Of a stretch of 64,000 nucleotides of DNA, positions 1 through 12,196 are shown piece after piece (within the stretch, counting starts at the first letter, position 1; the number at the start of each line of letters is the position of its first letter). Origin of the DNA: Naegleria gruberi (taxonomy: Eukaryota); NCBI GenBank assembly GCA_000004985.1, contig GG738881.1; one strand, 5' to 3'. A program made the translations under genes and the position numbers. The notes below the pieces were generated by a model, which worked only from the letters and a program-made list of their open reading frames with translations, had not been told where the DNA came from and did no database searches.

Positions 1-811
1 CAATTAGACAATTTAGCAACAAAATTAGCTGGTTTCACTTCACACTTGTATCTTTCAGCATAGTAAGGATAATCCTTTTCAGTGACAACTCCTCCTGCCT
101 TCATCAAGTATTGATAGGCCGACCATTGCAATCCTCCATTACATCCATCATCACATGATTGTTGATTTTCAAAAGTTACACAATTATTATCACAATCGAC
201 AAGTTGTTGCTCTGAGAAGGAAACGAGTTGCTTGTGTTTAATGGCATAGGAACCTTCAATGGATCCAATGGCAGAAAATGCCCAACAAGATCCGCATTGA
301 CCTTGGTCTTTGACACCAGTGATAGCTCCATGATTTCTCCAATCATAATGCTGTAAATTTCAAAATTTCAATTCATTACAAAACAATTTCACATTTTACA
401 AAAATTGTAAACTTTTCAACTTACATCAGGAGCAGGTTTGGCATAACTATTAGACACCATCTTATTAGAATCCATTCTCATCATCTTTTGAATCTCCTTT
501 GGTGTCTTCTTTTCCATCAAATAAAACTTTCTAAACTCGTCACTTGTCAAATCAGAAAACTTTGTAATGCCATAATTATTATTTCCTTCTCTGATATTCA
601 TTCTACGACTAGTTTCGATATTTTCTCTAAAAACCTTCAAACGATATTCATATTCTTCTGGTCCTTTGTAAAATCTTTGGAATTTACGAGTAAAATCAAG
701 GAAATGATCTCTGACAGCTGTTTCAGAAAGTGGTTGATAGGTTTCTTGATCAAAAGCAAGAATACCACATGCTAAAATCACGAGGAATGTCAAGGTGTAA
801 AGTAATTTCAT
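1..811 (-). CDS. cathepsin L-like papain-family (C1) cysteine protease, partial (3' end lies beyond window start)
   Basis: Exon 1 (~425..811, ATG at 811) encodes a signal peptide plus an I29-type propeptide (…YGITKFSDLTSDEF…). An intron of ~351..424 runs from a GTAAGT donor to a CAG acceptor. Exon 2 (1..~350) translates to HYDWRNHGAITGVKDQGQCGSCWAFS…, the canonical papain active-site Cys region. Confidence 0.85.
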
Positions 812-1291
812 TTTTTTTGTGATGTTTATTGGAAATTTGACTTTTGATTGATGAGAATTTGTGCGAAATGGTTTTCAAATTGGTGAACTGGAAGATAACA
901 AATATGTGCATTTTGTAATCTCACTACAATTTTCTTTTTGAAATTTGTATTTTTTTCAAAATACTTGAAGAGTTTCGAATAAAAAATTAGATTTCAATAT
1001 GAAATGTATGAAGAATCCTTTGAACAACTTTAGAATAGGCAAAATTCAATATTGTAATCAATTTATCTGAACTTTTAAGCCAACGAACTATTGCCCTCAT
1101 TTGGCGTTTTACGACTGTCAATTATCAAAGCGAGTTTGACAGCAAATTTCCTTAAAAAAAATACCGTTTCTGTGTGGCTGTGCTGTGTTCTTGCAAGACA
1201 AACAATTCCACCGTTAATTTCATCACAAAGTTCATCATCATTCGAAAAATTAAAAATTAATTATTGGAAAGATTTCGAATAACAATAAGAA

Positions 1292-3086
1292 ATGCTAAAC
1301 GACGAACATTCGACAGTTTCTACGCCCAGAGGAAGTTCATCCAAACAATCATCTTCCGATAGAATAGAAACTCTCTTATCCGAATACAAGTTTCGTATAG
1401 AAGCAATATTCGATTATTCTCCAGCAAGAGATACCTTTCGTAAATATTTAAAGAAAGTTTGTTTAAACGAAGAACCTTTCATGTTCTACGAAATGGTCGA
1501 AAACTATCAAAAAACAAGATTAGACAAGAATCGTTTAGAATTGGCAGCTGACATTATCAATCAATTTATTGTTGTCAACTCAAAACATGAATTAAACATG
1601 TCAATGGCTATCAGAAATGAAATTCTAAAACAACATGCTCAAATCTTGGAAAAGAATCAAAACCTGCCAAATTTGGAATTATTGACATGTCCTTCAGATT
1701 TATTTGCCAATGCTCAAGATGTAATTTTTACAGAATTGAAACAAGATAATTTTCCAAGATTTGTCAGATCGAAAGAATTTAAAAAATTTATCATGAAGGA
1801 ATTTAAAAAGAATGAAACAATTTTTGAAATGTTGGGAGATAAGAAAGATGATGATGGTGAGTTGAGTTTTTTTTGTAAATTTGGAAAATTAATAATGGAA
1901 AATATGTTTTGGAATAATGGAAATAATTGGAAAATTGGAAAATTGAAATTATTGTAAAATTTATTGTAAATTTTTTTGTAAAATTTGACAGTAGTGTCAA
2001 TTGATCCACATTCAATGTATTTGAAAGAACATAATGAAACAACTGCTGATTGTCCACTCATTGATACCACTTCATTCTATGTAACTCCAAAAGATTATGA
2101 ATTGGTGAAGGAAATTATTTCAACTCTTTCAGATCCAATGAAATGGAATGTCGTGAGTGAGAAATCAGGTTCCAAAACACTCGTCTCTACTAAGGCATTC
2201 TATTTCAATGAGAAGGAAGGTGCCTATCCACTAACATGCAGTACGGGAATGTACACTGGACAACATAAGCAATTTTTCCACGTCATTTTCTCACCTGCTT
2301 TTGAAAAGAACATGAAAAGAATATTTAAAACGAGATTTCAATTGGAACATTTGAAAATTGATGCTAGTAAGGGAATTGAATTTCCAAATACTGTATTTTG
2401 GGGAGAATTGAATGTAAGTTGAATTTGTTTCAAGAAAATTAACTCAATTTATTATTCGTATTTAAATATTACAAATCTATTACAATGGAAATAATGGCAA
2501 TCGCATGATTCGATAGGCACCAATTATAATGAAGAAGAGAGAGCTCGTAGTGGCCAGAACCATTATTCCAGATCAATACGATCCAGAAACTGGTCAATTC
2601 AACCGATATGTCATGCTTCAAAAGCCAACCAATCATCCAGAATGTCCAAAAAAGGATTCAACCATTCGATGCTCGCTCTACACTGCAATCATTGCTGAAA
2701 AGAAAACAGCAGACACGATGAGATATTACATTTTTGACACAGTTGACTTTAAGGGAAGTGTTCCCAAGTTTGTGATTAATAAGGCAAGCAAATTATTTGC
2801 TGCTGGAATTAACAAAATGTTGAGGAGTATGATTAAGCATAAAATAGACGAAACTCAATTACTTTCGTGTAATGGAACTTTGGAAATTATGAAAGAACAT
2901 GAAAATTATTTGAGGGAGAAATTAACAAAGGAAATGGAACATAATCAAGCAGATTCGAATGAGGAACCTAAAGGTGAATTATCGACTTCTTCATTGAAAC
3001 AGTCAGTGGAAGATTCGTCCACTCATGAAAGTCAAATTCCACCAAACGAAGAATCCAACATTCCAGAAAACAATTTTGAACAATAA
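1292..3086 (+). CDS. RGS-domain protein with C-terminal START/Bet v1-like lipid-binding domain (3 exons)
   Basis: Exons lie at ~1292..1856, ~1992..2413 and ~2517..3086, with GTGAGT and GTAAGT donors and CAG/TAG acceptors; phases are consistent. The RGS signature reads IEAIFDYSPARDTFRKYLKK…EEPFMFYEMVENYQK. The C-terminal part (…DTVDFKGSVPKFVINKASK…) resembles a START lipid-transfer fold. Confidence 0.6.
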
Positions 3087-3326
3087 TAATCTATCCAATT
3101 TTTAATTAACTTTTTACAAATTTCTTAAGAAGATTAGTCTGTTAAATATTAATAAGCATGATAACCAATAGCAACCATAATTCCAGAAGAAAACAAAAAC
3201 AGCAATTCCAAGGAATCTTCGTTTGTACTTGAAATATTGTTTAAATTTGTCAACTCTTGTGTCAAACTTCTCGAAAAAAAAGTACCAACACTGCCAAACA
3301 CAGAATTCTTAATTAAAACAACTTTT

Positions 3327-4541
3327 TTATTTGAAATTAAGTGGAATTTCACAGAGAGAACCATCAGAATATCCAACAATCAATAAAGGAATCGTACACT
3401 TGTTGAAATCAGATTCGAATTTCATACAAGAAACACCTTTCTCATCACCCATTGGAAGAAATGCAACTATTCTACCACTTTCATAATCAGTTACACGAAC
3501 TAAACCTTTAGAACAAGCCGACACAATCCATGGCTTTCTAAATTGGGAAGGAACGAATTCCATAGACGAAACTGAACCAGGATGCATGAAACCAAATTCA
3601 TTATCCGACAGAATTTCCCTCACCTCATCATCCATTTCTTCTTCATCATCCATTTCAGACATGGACATCTCAACCAATGGAACGCTTTTCAATACGACAA
3701 CGGAAGAATTAGACGAAATGGCACAAGTTTGAGAGCTACCGTAAAGCCACTTGATGATTGATGGTTTCTTTGGTAGAGACAATGGAACTATTTGCTGAGA
3801 TTCAGTATTCAGGATGATTGCCATGGATTCTAGCATACCACAAATGCAATATTTTCCATCTTCACTAAAGCTGGACATTTGGAAACTTCCTTTTATGGAA
3901 ATGTTTAGTTTGGCATAGAGGGAAGAGTCTGTGAGTAGGATGTTTCCATAGGAAGAGATGGCTAATGAGTTGGTTTTTTGATTGTAGGCCAGACAAGAGA
4001 CAGTTGACTTGAAAGTATTGTTTGTTCTCTTGAGGATTAGTTTGTTTTCTTTTGAGATGGAGAAAGTATGAACTTGATTGGAAGAAGCAACTGCAAGTTT
4101 CTTACTAGTTTGCATCCAGACCATTGATTCAATCCATTGACCACCATCGATTTCGTGCTGATCCAATTTAATCAATTCTAGGGATTGGAAAGTTTCGTCT
4201 CCCTTCTTCTGAACTTTCCACAATGAAAGAGAACCATCTTGACTCGCACAAATCACAAAGTTTCTCTCATTCTCCAACTCAACTATCAACATGCTTAATA
4301 ATCCATCTTGATGAGCATTGATTTCTCTGTGCAGAACTTTCCTATTGGTTGAATTGACCAAGACAACCTCACCATTAGCAAGTCCCAATACCAAAATTGA
4401 ATCTTGACCATGGACACATGTGTTTGGCAACCATTCCATGCATGTAATGTACTCACTCATTGGTGTGTCCAATTGCCAGGATGGCTGCAATTGTGGAAGT
4501 TTGGATTTGGCGCTCTTTTTTGCCTTCTGTGATGGTATCAT
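3327..4541 (-). CDS. WD40 / beta-propeller repeat protein (function unknown)
   Basis: A 404-aa ORF with repeated WD-like blades (…ASQDGSLSLWKV…, …GYSDGSLCEI…) and an acidic insert (EMDDEEEMDDE). Confidence 0.5.
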   Translation of the reverse strand: MIPSQKAKKSAKSKLPQLQPSWQLDTPMSEYITCMEWLPNTCVHGQDSILVLGLANGEVVLVNSTNRKVLHREINAHQDGLLSMLIVELENERNFVICASQDGSLSLWKVQKKGDETFQSLELIKLDQHEIDGGQWIESMVWMQTSKKLAVASSNQVHTFSISKENKLILKRTNNTFKSTVSCLAYNQKTNSLAISSYGNILLTDSSLYAKLNISIKGSFQMSSFSEDGKYCICGMLESMAIILNTESQQIVPLSLPKKPSIIKWLYGSSQTCAISSNSSVVVLKSVPLVEMSMSEMDDEEEMDDEVREILSDNEFGFMHPGSVSSMEFVPSQFRKPWIVSACSKGLVRVTDYESGRIVAFLPMGDEKGVSCMKFESDFNKCTIPLLIVGYSDGSLCEIPLNFK

Positions 4542-4868
4542 GACGAAAAACTAAAGTAACCGACAAATTACAAGCTAAATTGCTCAGAAAATAAAAATCT
4601 GTGAAAAAGTATGGAGAGGAATTTGACGTATTTTTTCACCAATTATTCGCCAATTCTGGTGGAGCGGTTGTGGAGGTAAAAAATTTTGCGTCATTTGTGT
4701 AAATTACAATGGCAAATGATGCAGGTTAAAGGTGAGTACATGAGGAGTCCATGATTTGTTGAAGGTGTAGTGTGGGAAATATTTAAAAACAAAAATTGGA
4801 ATATTACTGAGTCACTCAAGAACAAATAGAAAAAGAATAAGACACATTTTTCACACTAGTAAATTCAG

Positions 4869-5973
4869 ATGAAGAAGGTTCCAGTTTCAGTCATTACAGG
4901 TTTCTTAGGAAGTGGAAAGACTACTTTGATTAACTACATTCTCACTCAACCTCATGGATACAAGATTGCCATCATTGAGAATGAATTTGGGGAAGTTGGA
5001 ATTGATGACGCATTGGTTGTTCAAGCCAATGAAGAAATATTCGAAATGAATAATGGATGTATTTGTTGTACTGTTCGTGGTGATTTGATTGTAGGTTTTG
5101 CACACCTTTTTTCTCAATTTTTAATATTTCCAAATTTGTAACATTTAAACTGTGCATAATTATCAGAGAATTTTGGGAAGATTAGCAAAGAGAAAGGATA
5201 AATTCGATTACATTCTCGTTGAGACATCAGGTATGGCTGACCCAGCTCCTGTCGCTCAAACATTCTTTGTTGATGATGACATTTCTGAACAATATTATTT
5301 AGATGGAATCATTACCATAGTGGATGCCAAACATATTTTACAACATTTATTAGAAGAAAGGCCAAAAGATGAAGAAAATGAAAGTGTTGAACAAATTGCC
5401 TTTGCTGATCGAATCATTTTAAACAAGATTGACTTGTTGAAACAAGACGAAAGTTCAGTATCTTTAGAAGAGGTCAAGAAACACATTCAATCAGTCAACA
5501 AATTTGCTCCAATCATTGAAACCAATCATTCCATCATTCCAGATCTTTCCTCTCTCCTCAACATTCGTTCATTCGATGTACAAAAGATTTTACAAATGGA
5601 TCCAGACTTCCTCAAAGATATGGAACATACTCATGATACTTCTGTTGGTTCTGTAGCCATTGTCGAGAAGGGAATGATCAACCAACAATTATTCTCAAGA
5701 TGGTTAAGAGGATTATTGAGTGAAAAGGGTGCAGACATTTACAGATCTAAGGGAATTGTAAAATCTCAAGAGTTGGCTGATGAAGATTCTCAAATTACAA
5801 ATTCAAATGAAGAATTTGTTATGGTTTTCCAAGGAGTTCACATGATGATGGATATGAAAGTGATGCCAGTTGCCAAATCTAAAGTTGGCAATGTCAACAA
5901 GTTAGTTTTTATTGGAAAGAATTTGAATAGACAAGAATTGGAACAAGGTTTCAGAAATTGTTTACAAGAATAA
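4869..5973 (+). CDS. COBW-domain (CobW/CBWD/ZNG1-like) P-loop GTPase, 2 exons
   Basis: Exon 1 (4869..5090) carries the GFLGSGKTTL P-loop and the GCICCTVRGDLI metal-binding Cys motif. The intron is ~5091..5166 (GTAGGT…CAG). Exon 2 (5167..5973) carries the conserved ETSGMADPAPV segment and a C-terminal COBW domain. Confidence 0.85.
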
Positions 5974-5999
5974 ATTACACTACTTTTCCACTAATGAAT

Positions 6000-6743
6000 T
6001 TAATCCAACATCCTTCTCACTCCATTTCTATTCGTTGGAGAATAAGTTGCTGCAATTCTCTCAACTAGCTTCAAAACCTCAGTTGGACTTGCCTTCTCTG
6101 AAATTCCCAATTCTGAACGATCTCTCAGGACACATCCATTCTTTTGGATGCAGAGTCCAATTCCTACTTGAATGGTGGCAGCTGGTGCATTGGATCCCCA
6201 ACAAACATCCACCAAGTTACAACCATAATAATAGAAACGTTGGTCACAAGAAGAGAAAACTTGACCTTGGTGTGGAAAGTTGGACATGCAATCAAGGACA
6301 CAAGCTACACATTTTTGTGATTGAATTCCTTTGAATGGAACACGATCTCCAACTTGTTTGTTGAGTGGTCCAGTAATTTTGTAGTAATCTGGATTGGCAT
6401 CGACATTTGACTTGGCAGTTGTTGAGATGGCATTGTAGACAAGTAGAGTATCACCTGTAACTTCGTTTTCCTTTGGAGTCATTAACATGAGTGTAGTGGC
6501 TCCTCCTTTCTTCTTTCCATTATTCGAAAGTAGAGTATTACTCTTCAATGTTAAATGAACATGTTCTTCATTAGATGCATAGGAAAGAACAACCCCTCCA
6601 CGTCCACGATTAGCAGTGCTGTAACCTGGATTTTCAGGTCCTCTACATTGACTGGCAGTTGACTCAACATGTGCTGTCAAGAAATATACAGACAACAGCA
6701 TGATACAGATGGACACCACCATCCCAACACTATGTTTTAACAT
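6000..6743 (-). CDS. secreted cysteine-rich hypothetical protein
   Basis: A 247-aa ORF with an N-terminal hydrophobic signal peptide and about 12 Cys in the mature region. I could not assign a family. Confidence 0.45.
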   Translation of the reverse strand: MLKHSVGMVVSICIMLLSVYFLTAHVESTASQCRGPENPGYSTANRGRGGVVLSYASNEEHVHLTLKSNTLLSNNGKKKGGATTLMLMTPKENEVTGDTLLVYNAISTTAKSNVDANPDYYKITGPLNKQVGDRVPFKGIQSQKCVACVLDCMSNFPHQGQVFSSCDQRFYYYGCNLVDVCWGSNAPAATIQVGIGLCIQKNGCVLRDRSELGISEKASPTEVLKLVERIAATYSPTNRNGVRRMLD

Positions 6744-6955
6744 TTTTTCAAGTATGATGGTTACAGTGGTTGTTAATACCGAACTGTCGCTTAGTGACCT
6801 GATGATTATGCGGATAATGTTTTTTGTGCGAAATTATGGATGTTTGATTACAAATTGAAATAAATAGTTCTTTAAATGCAATTTCCGTATTTATTGCATT
6901 ATTTGTAATCATTTTTCACAATCAATATATTTTACAATAATTCCACTTCATTTGT

Positions 6956-8713
6956 TCATGGAGTTCCTTGATTATTGTACAATTGTTCCAAATCCTTTTC
7001 ACAATAATTAGAACAGTAATCGTAGAGTACTTTGGCCAACAAATTGCTATCCTTGTCTGGAGCTTTGAATCCATTTTGTTTGTACTCCTTGATTGAATTC
7101 AAGAGTCCACTATGAGTGGTTTGACTGAGTTTTTTCAGAGCAGATGAAGTGCTTGTGAGAATATTCTTGTTGAGCATTGCTCCAATGTTGAAAGAACGAG
7201 TTTGGACATAACGAACTCTATTCTTATCCTGTAATAATTAAGATAATAATTAAATATTAAATAAACATGATAAATAAACAGTTATTCAAATAATACTTAC
7301 AACCATTTTGTAAATGCGTGATGAAACGAGTGCACTCTTGGCACTATTCTTTTCAAAATCACTAGATTTGATGAGGAATGAATTTTCCACCATCTTTTCT
7401 CCAATAAATTCACTCTTGCTTGAAATGACAAGGCCAATTGTTCTGGAATCAAATTTGGAGTTCAATAAAACAGCGCCATACTTGCCAGTGGATGAGCTCT
7501 TATTGATCGGTATGTACTTGAGGTATTCAACTTTTGGCAGAAGGGTGTCAAAGTGATATTCTGAATAGGTTGCCTTGACAACATCATCCATGGAGGCGTT
7601 AACATAACCAATGGTCTTGTTATTAATCAAAGCAAGGTTTTCCTTTGAGAAATCTTCATTGGATGACAATTGAATAATACTTGGCATGTCAGTAAATGTG
7701 ACATTCCAATGGGTACTATGTTCCAAACACATCCATCTTGTAAATCTCCAATCATTTTCAATCACTGTTCCTGTATTCAAATCTTGACTACCAAACTTGT
7801 ACTCTTTTGCCTTCTCGTGAACTTCTTTCTTTTTCTTGTAAATTTCCAAAACATATTTTGGAAGAGTTTGATTACTAATGCTTGAATTTAACCATTTTTG
7901 AACAATCTTCTTTTTCTTTTGTTCAAAAAGTGAGAACCAATCGCTCAATTCCAATAGGAACATATCACAAATGATTTGAATCTCATCCAAGACACCCACT
8001 GTTTTAGTATCACCTGGTTCACGTCTGAGAACTTGTTCTACCTGATTATTACAAAATTCCATTTGTGAATGTAAGAATTCTCTCAAAGATTCATGTCTAA
8101 ACTCACGATAACTCAAATTCTTTGGAATGTTTTTCAAATAGAATAGAGTTTGATCTGGTGTTTCGCTTTTTTGCTTTTCAACTTCAAGAATATCAAATGC
8201 CATTCTATTTTGTAATATTTGTTGACAGAACTTGTCCAATCTCAATTGAACATCGAACAAGTTTTTAAAAATCTTGTTTGTGTAAACTTTCTCAGTAACT
8301 GGGTCAAGGAAATATTCAAGAAAGAGAAACTTGATTTCGAATTCGTTAGCCAAACTAAATCTTCTTTCTACAAATTCAAGAAAGTGATTTCGTAATTCGA
8401 ATACACTTTGTACTTCCAAATCTTCACCCGAAAGATTTTCCTCTGATGAATTTGTTGAAGTAGTTTCGTTTATCATAATGGAACCAAAACTTGTTGGTGA
8501 CGTTGGAAAGTTTGCCGAATCTCCACTGCTAGTTGATAATGTCTGACTATTCGACATTGATAATAATCCAGGTGAAGAAAGTGATGAACTAGACGAAACA
8601 GCAGGTAATTGCTTGGAAGATGGGACAAAGAAAGGATGAAGCAGAATGGTCACTGGCAATCTGACAGATGCAGCAGCTGACTTGTCATTTGATGAGCTCG
8701 ATGTGGTACTCAT
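6956..8713 (-). CDS. hypothetical protein, 2 exons
   Basis: Exon 1 (7301..8713) ends …RIYKMV at a GTAAGT donor. The intron is ~7229..7300 with a CAG acceptor. Exon 2 (6956..7228) reads DKNRVRYVQ… to a stop. There is Ser-rich low complexity at the N-terminus. Confidence 0.5.
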
Positions 8714-9486
8714 GGTATTCGTTAGGTTGTTTTTTTTCTATTCGAAAAGCAAGCAATTCTTGATAAAACCAACTTTCATGGCCCAACAAATCTTCTCATA
8801 GCCTTCTAAATTAGGTGTACTCTAACTATATGGAAATACCATGAATTTTGAAGGAATAATTTCATCAGTCGTGCTTGCCGAGCATGGCAAATAAAAGAGA
8901 AGAGTTGGTCATGTACTCGTGAAGGATTGGTCTAAAATTGCATCATCATCATGATGAATTATTTTTGTATTTAAATGTTTTAATATATTCGTGATGATGA
9001 GAAAAAGGTTTGTTTGGTTTAGGCTCGGTATTTGAATAATCAAACGTTGTTTGAATACTTATAATTTCGGAAGGGATAATTAAGAATTTTGTATTATGTT
9101 GCAAGTTTGAATTGTTGAGCAGCCATCATAGTTTCCAGTTGAATTGGTTTTGTTTATTTTCTTTGTGTTTAGTAAGGCTTGGAATTGAGCGCCAAAAGAT
9201 ATCGTAAATTTTGAAAACAATAAAAAAATAAAAAGACTGTAGATCCATGCCGTGATTTATTCAATAAATAATTAATATTTTAGTTCAATATAATGGTATA
9301 TAAGGAAACGCCATGGTTATTATCAAAAGGAGATGATGTTTTAGATGCTCGAAGAGGTAAACTTCCCGGATGAGCAACAAATGTTCAAAAAGTCAAGCTA
9401 CTTGTGTCAAATTGTTCTTCAGGTCATCAAATTTAGTTCAACCCTTGTTGATTGACAAAACAGTGAAAAAAATCAAAACTATTGGA

Positions 9487-9993
9487 ATGTGGAAGGGTTC
9501 TTTGTTGAATTGCACAAGACTTTTGTTTGTTGCATTGTTGATTCTTGTAGCATTATTAATCTCACCAACAAGGACACTCACTATTAGGACTGTAAATAAT
9601 TTAAATAATAATGATGGATTGAGCAAACACTCAATAGACAAAGACAACAACAATCAAGTGGGAATTGACCTAGTGTCGAATAGAGGGACACTACATCAAC
9701 GAATGGCATTGGAATCACCCAACCCCGTGAATGCTAGTACTAGTAGTAACAACACACTCTATGCCTCCAATAGTATGGAAAGGGCAACATCAACAACTCA
9801 ATCAGCAGGTGCTTTGGCAGCTCTAATAGTGGCTACAACTGTAATGATTGGTCTCACTCTTGTGATCATTATTTTCATTGCAATTTTTATGATTTATGCT
9901 AGAAGAAAGGAAGTTCTGAATAGGAAGGCTTCATTACACAATGATATTGTGAATACTAACAAAGTTGTTATTGAAATTAGTCAAGGTTTATAA
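9487..9993 (+). CDS. small single-pass membrane protein with Ser/Thr/Asn-rich ectodomain
   Basis: The ORF-track frame is 9370..9993, with a likely ATG at 9487 (MWKGSLLNCTRLLFVALLILVALL as a signal peptide). A C-terminal TM helix (ALAALIVATTVMIGLTLVIIIFIAIFMIY) is followed by a short basic tail. Confidence 0.4.
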   Translation: MWKGSLLNCTRLLFVALLILVALLISPTRTLTIRTVNNLNNNDGLSKHSIDKDNNNQVGIDLVSNRGTLHQRMALESPNPVNASTSSNNTLYASNSMERATSTTQSAGALAALIVATTVMIGLTLVIIIFIAIFMIYARRKEVLNRKASLHNDIVNTNKVVIEISQGL

Positions 9994-10460
9994 TGATTTG
10001 AATAAACCTTGTGTCTGCATTGATTTATTCTCTTCTCCTGTAGGTGCTAGGTGAACTGAAGAACTTCTAAAGTGAGCTCAACATTTCAGAAAATTCTGAA
10101 ACAATTTCCTCATATAGCATCACCTTCCAATGATATCCATTTTCGACATTTTAGAATTTGAAAACAATAATCAACATGAAATTCCAGAACTCATGAAGTG
10201 ATTGTTTTATGAGAATTGAGTTACTTGGTTCCTTGCCTTATTTATTGCAGAGTTCATAGGTCGAGTTATCATACTTTTCTTGTGTTTGCTTTCATTGCAA
10301 ATTCGAAGTTATCGTAGTAAATGACGTGGATTTTTCCGTTCAATATTGAGGATACTTCCAATACACCAACTCCTCTAGATTTTTCACACAACGTTTTAAA
10401 ATTGGAGTTTGTTAATAACTGTTCCATTTGTGTTAAATTGTTAAATTCCATTACAAAAAA

Positions 10461-12140
10461 ATGATTCAACATCTCGATCAAGACTTGTTCAGTTATTTGG
10501 TTTCCTTTCTTCCGAGAAGTGATCGTGCCATTCTGGTGGAGAATTTAAAACACCTGAATCGATACTTTTTCAAATTATTCGATCCATCTTCATCAAACAA
10601 GAACTCTGAATTAAATTCTTCAACTGTTTTGAGAGAAGAAGAATTTGATGATTGTTTGCATTCGGAGAGTTTGATGAAAATATTTGATAATTTGTACATT
10701 CCAACAATTCATGTGAAAGCGAATGTTGTTCAAGGTGGAGGAGAGTTAATGGAGGAAATGATTGGGATTTTGAAAAGATCGGAAGGAGTGGAATGTTTAT
10801 TAGGCTCCGATAAGGAATTTCTTGTGGAATTGGAATTTCCTGATGAGAAGATGATGCATGGGAATGGAAGATATTCAAATATTTGGGAATTATTGGAAAG
10901 ATCATGTAAATATTGGGTTGATGCAAGAGTTTCCTTGATTAAATTATTTACAGAGTGGAAATATTCGAAAAAGAGTTTAAATTCAGAAACTCTGAGCGAA
11001 TATTCGAATAGAAATGGTTTGATATTGAATGTTTGTCGATTAGTGAACAAGTTTCGAATTCATTTAATACTGGATAATGATACATATTCTAACCATGATA
11101 TATGGAAATATTCAGAAACGGTCGGCTTTCAAAAAGGATATTTTCGCGTTTCAGATAACTCAATTCCAGATATGGCCATCTCAATTCTTGCAAACATGAT
11201 GAGCCAGTTAATTTTACCCAAGATGGACACTTTTTGTAACTTGCCACTCGAGGGATTATATTCTGAAATGGAAATGAAATATATTCGAGCTACCATGAGA
11301 CTCAATCAATGGAATTTGCTCTACAAATTTCTAAATATTCAGCAGAATATCATTTGTAGACATATGAGCAAGGTGTTCCACTCAAACAGCTTGACCATTG
11401 TCAAACAAACTACTAAGAGTGAATTGTATCATAAGAATGCTGAGGATATCATTTATATTTTCTCACTCATTCCAATGGATTTATTGCAAACTGTTCATAG
11501 AATTCGACTCGTCAAGATCTTTCTAGAAAATTTCTACTCGAGTGAGTTGAATATTTCAGATGAATATAGAGAAAAGTACATTCAGAAATTCCCTGATGAT
11601 GCCATGCATTCAAATGGTATTCATATATTCGATTCCAGTTCATCCTCTCCACTAGTTTCCAATCAGAAAATTCAATTCACATTCGAAACTGTTCAATTCT
11701 TTAAAAAGTGTTTTGCTACCATTCGACAAAATTGTTTCTACATGCCCAAATATCCAAGCCTCTCCCTAAAAGCAATTTGTCACGAAATTAGTGATGATTT
11801 AATTTACACTGAAGATACCACAATTGGAAAAATTGACAGAATTTGTGTGGAAAATTGTATTAGAGGAGTGACAGCTCCAATATTCTTCATTCCATGTGTT
11901 ACTTATTGGAGTATGGTAGGATTGACTTGTTCATGTATTAATCCCTATCTCTATAAGGATGGAAAGAGTACAATCATGTCATGTTTGGATTATGACATTT
12001 TTAATTATGTATTTTGGTCAACTGGTTGTTACCCTTATTCAATCTGTACTTGTTGTCTTCCTTTGGAATATGCAGAAGTGGAACAGAGAAGAATTGACGA
12101 TAACAAGTTCAGACATCATACTACTTGCAATATTTTGTAA
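10461..12140 (+). CDS. hypothetical protein with N-terminal F-box-like motif and C-terminal Cys-rich region
   Basis: A 559-aa ORF. The N-terminus (DLFSYLVSFLPRSDRAILVENLKHL) resembles an F-box. The C-terminus has clustered Cys (CVENCIRG…CSCINPYLY…CTCCLP). Confidence 0.45.
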   Translation: MIQHLDQDLFSYLVSFLPRSDRAILVENLKHLNRYFFKLFDPSSSNKNSELNSSTVLREEEFDDCLHSESLMKIFDNLYIPTIHVKANVVQGGGELMEEMIGILKRSEGVECLLGSDKEFLVELEFPDEKMMHGNGRYSNIWELLERSCKYWVDARVSLIKLFTEWKYSKKSLNSETLSEYSNRNGLILNVCRLVNKFRIHLILDNDTYSNHDIWKYSETVGFQKGYFRVSDNSIPDMAISILANMMSQLILPKMDTFCNLPLEGLYSEMEMKYIRATMRLNQWNLLYKFLNIQQNIICRHMSKVFHSNSLTIVKQTTKSELYHKNAEDIIYIFSLIPMDLLQTVHRIRLVKIFLENFYSSELNISDEYREKYIQKFPDDAMHSNGIHIFDSSSSSPLVSNQKIQFTFETVQFFKKCFATIRQNCFYMPKYPSLSLKAICHEISDDLIYTEDTTIGKIDRICVENCIRGVTAPIFFIPCVTYWSMVGLTCSCINPYLYKDGKSTIMSCLDYDIFNYVFWSTGCYPYSICTCCLPLEYAEVEQRRIDDNKFRHHTTCNIL

Positions 12141-12196
12141 ACTCTTTACTCCTTATTAAATGAAGGGTTGTAAAAACTCTTTACTGGAATGGAGAA

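Noticed and set aside
3149-3379. 76-aa minus-strand ORF immediately 3' of the WD40 gene
   Set aside because: It overlaps the stop of the WD40 ORF in another frame with no splice signals joining them, so it most likely falls in the 3'UTR.
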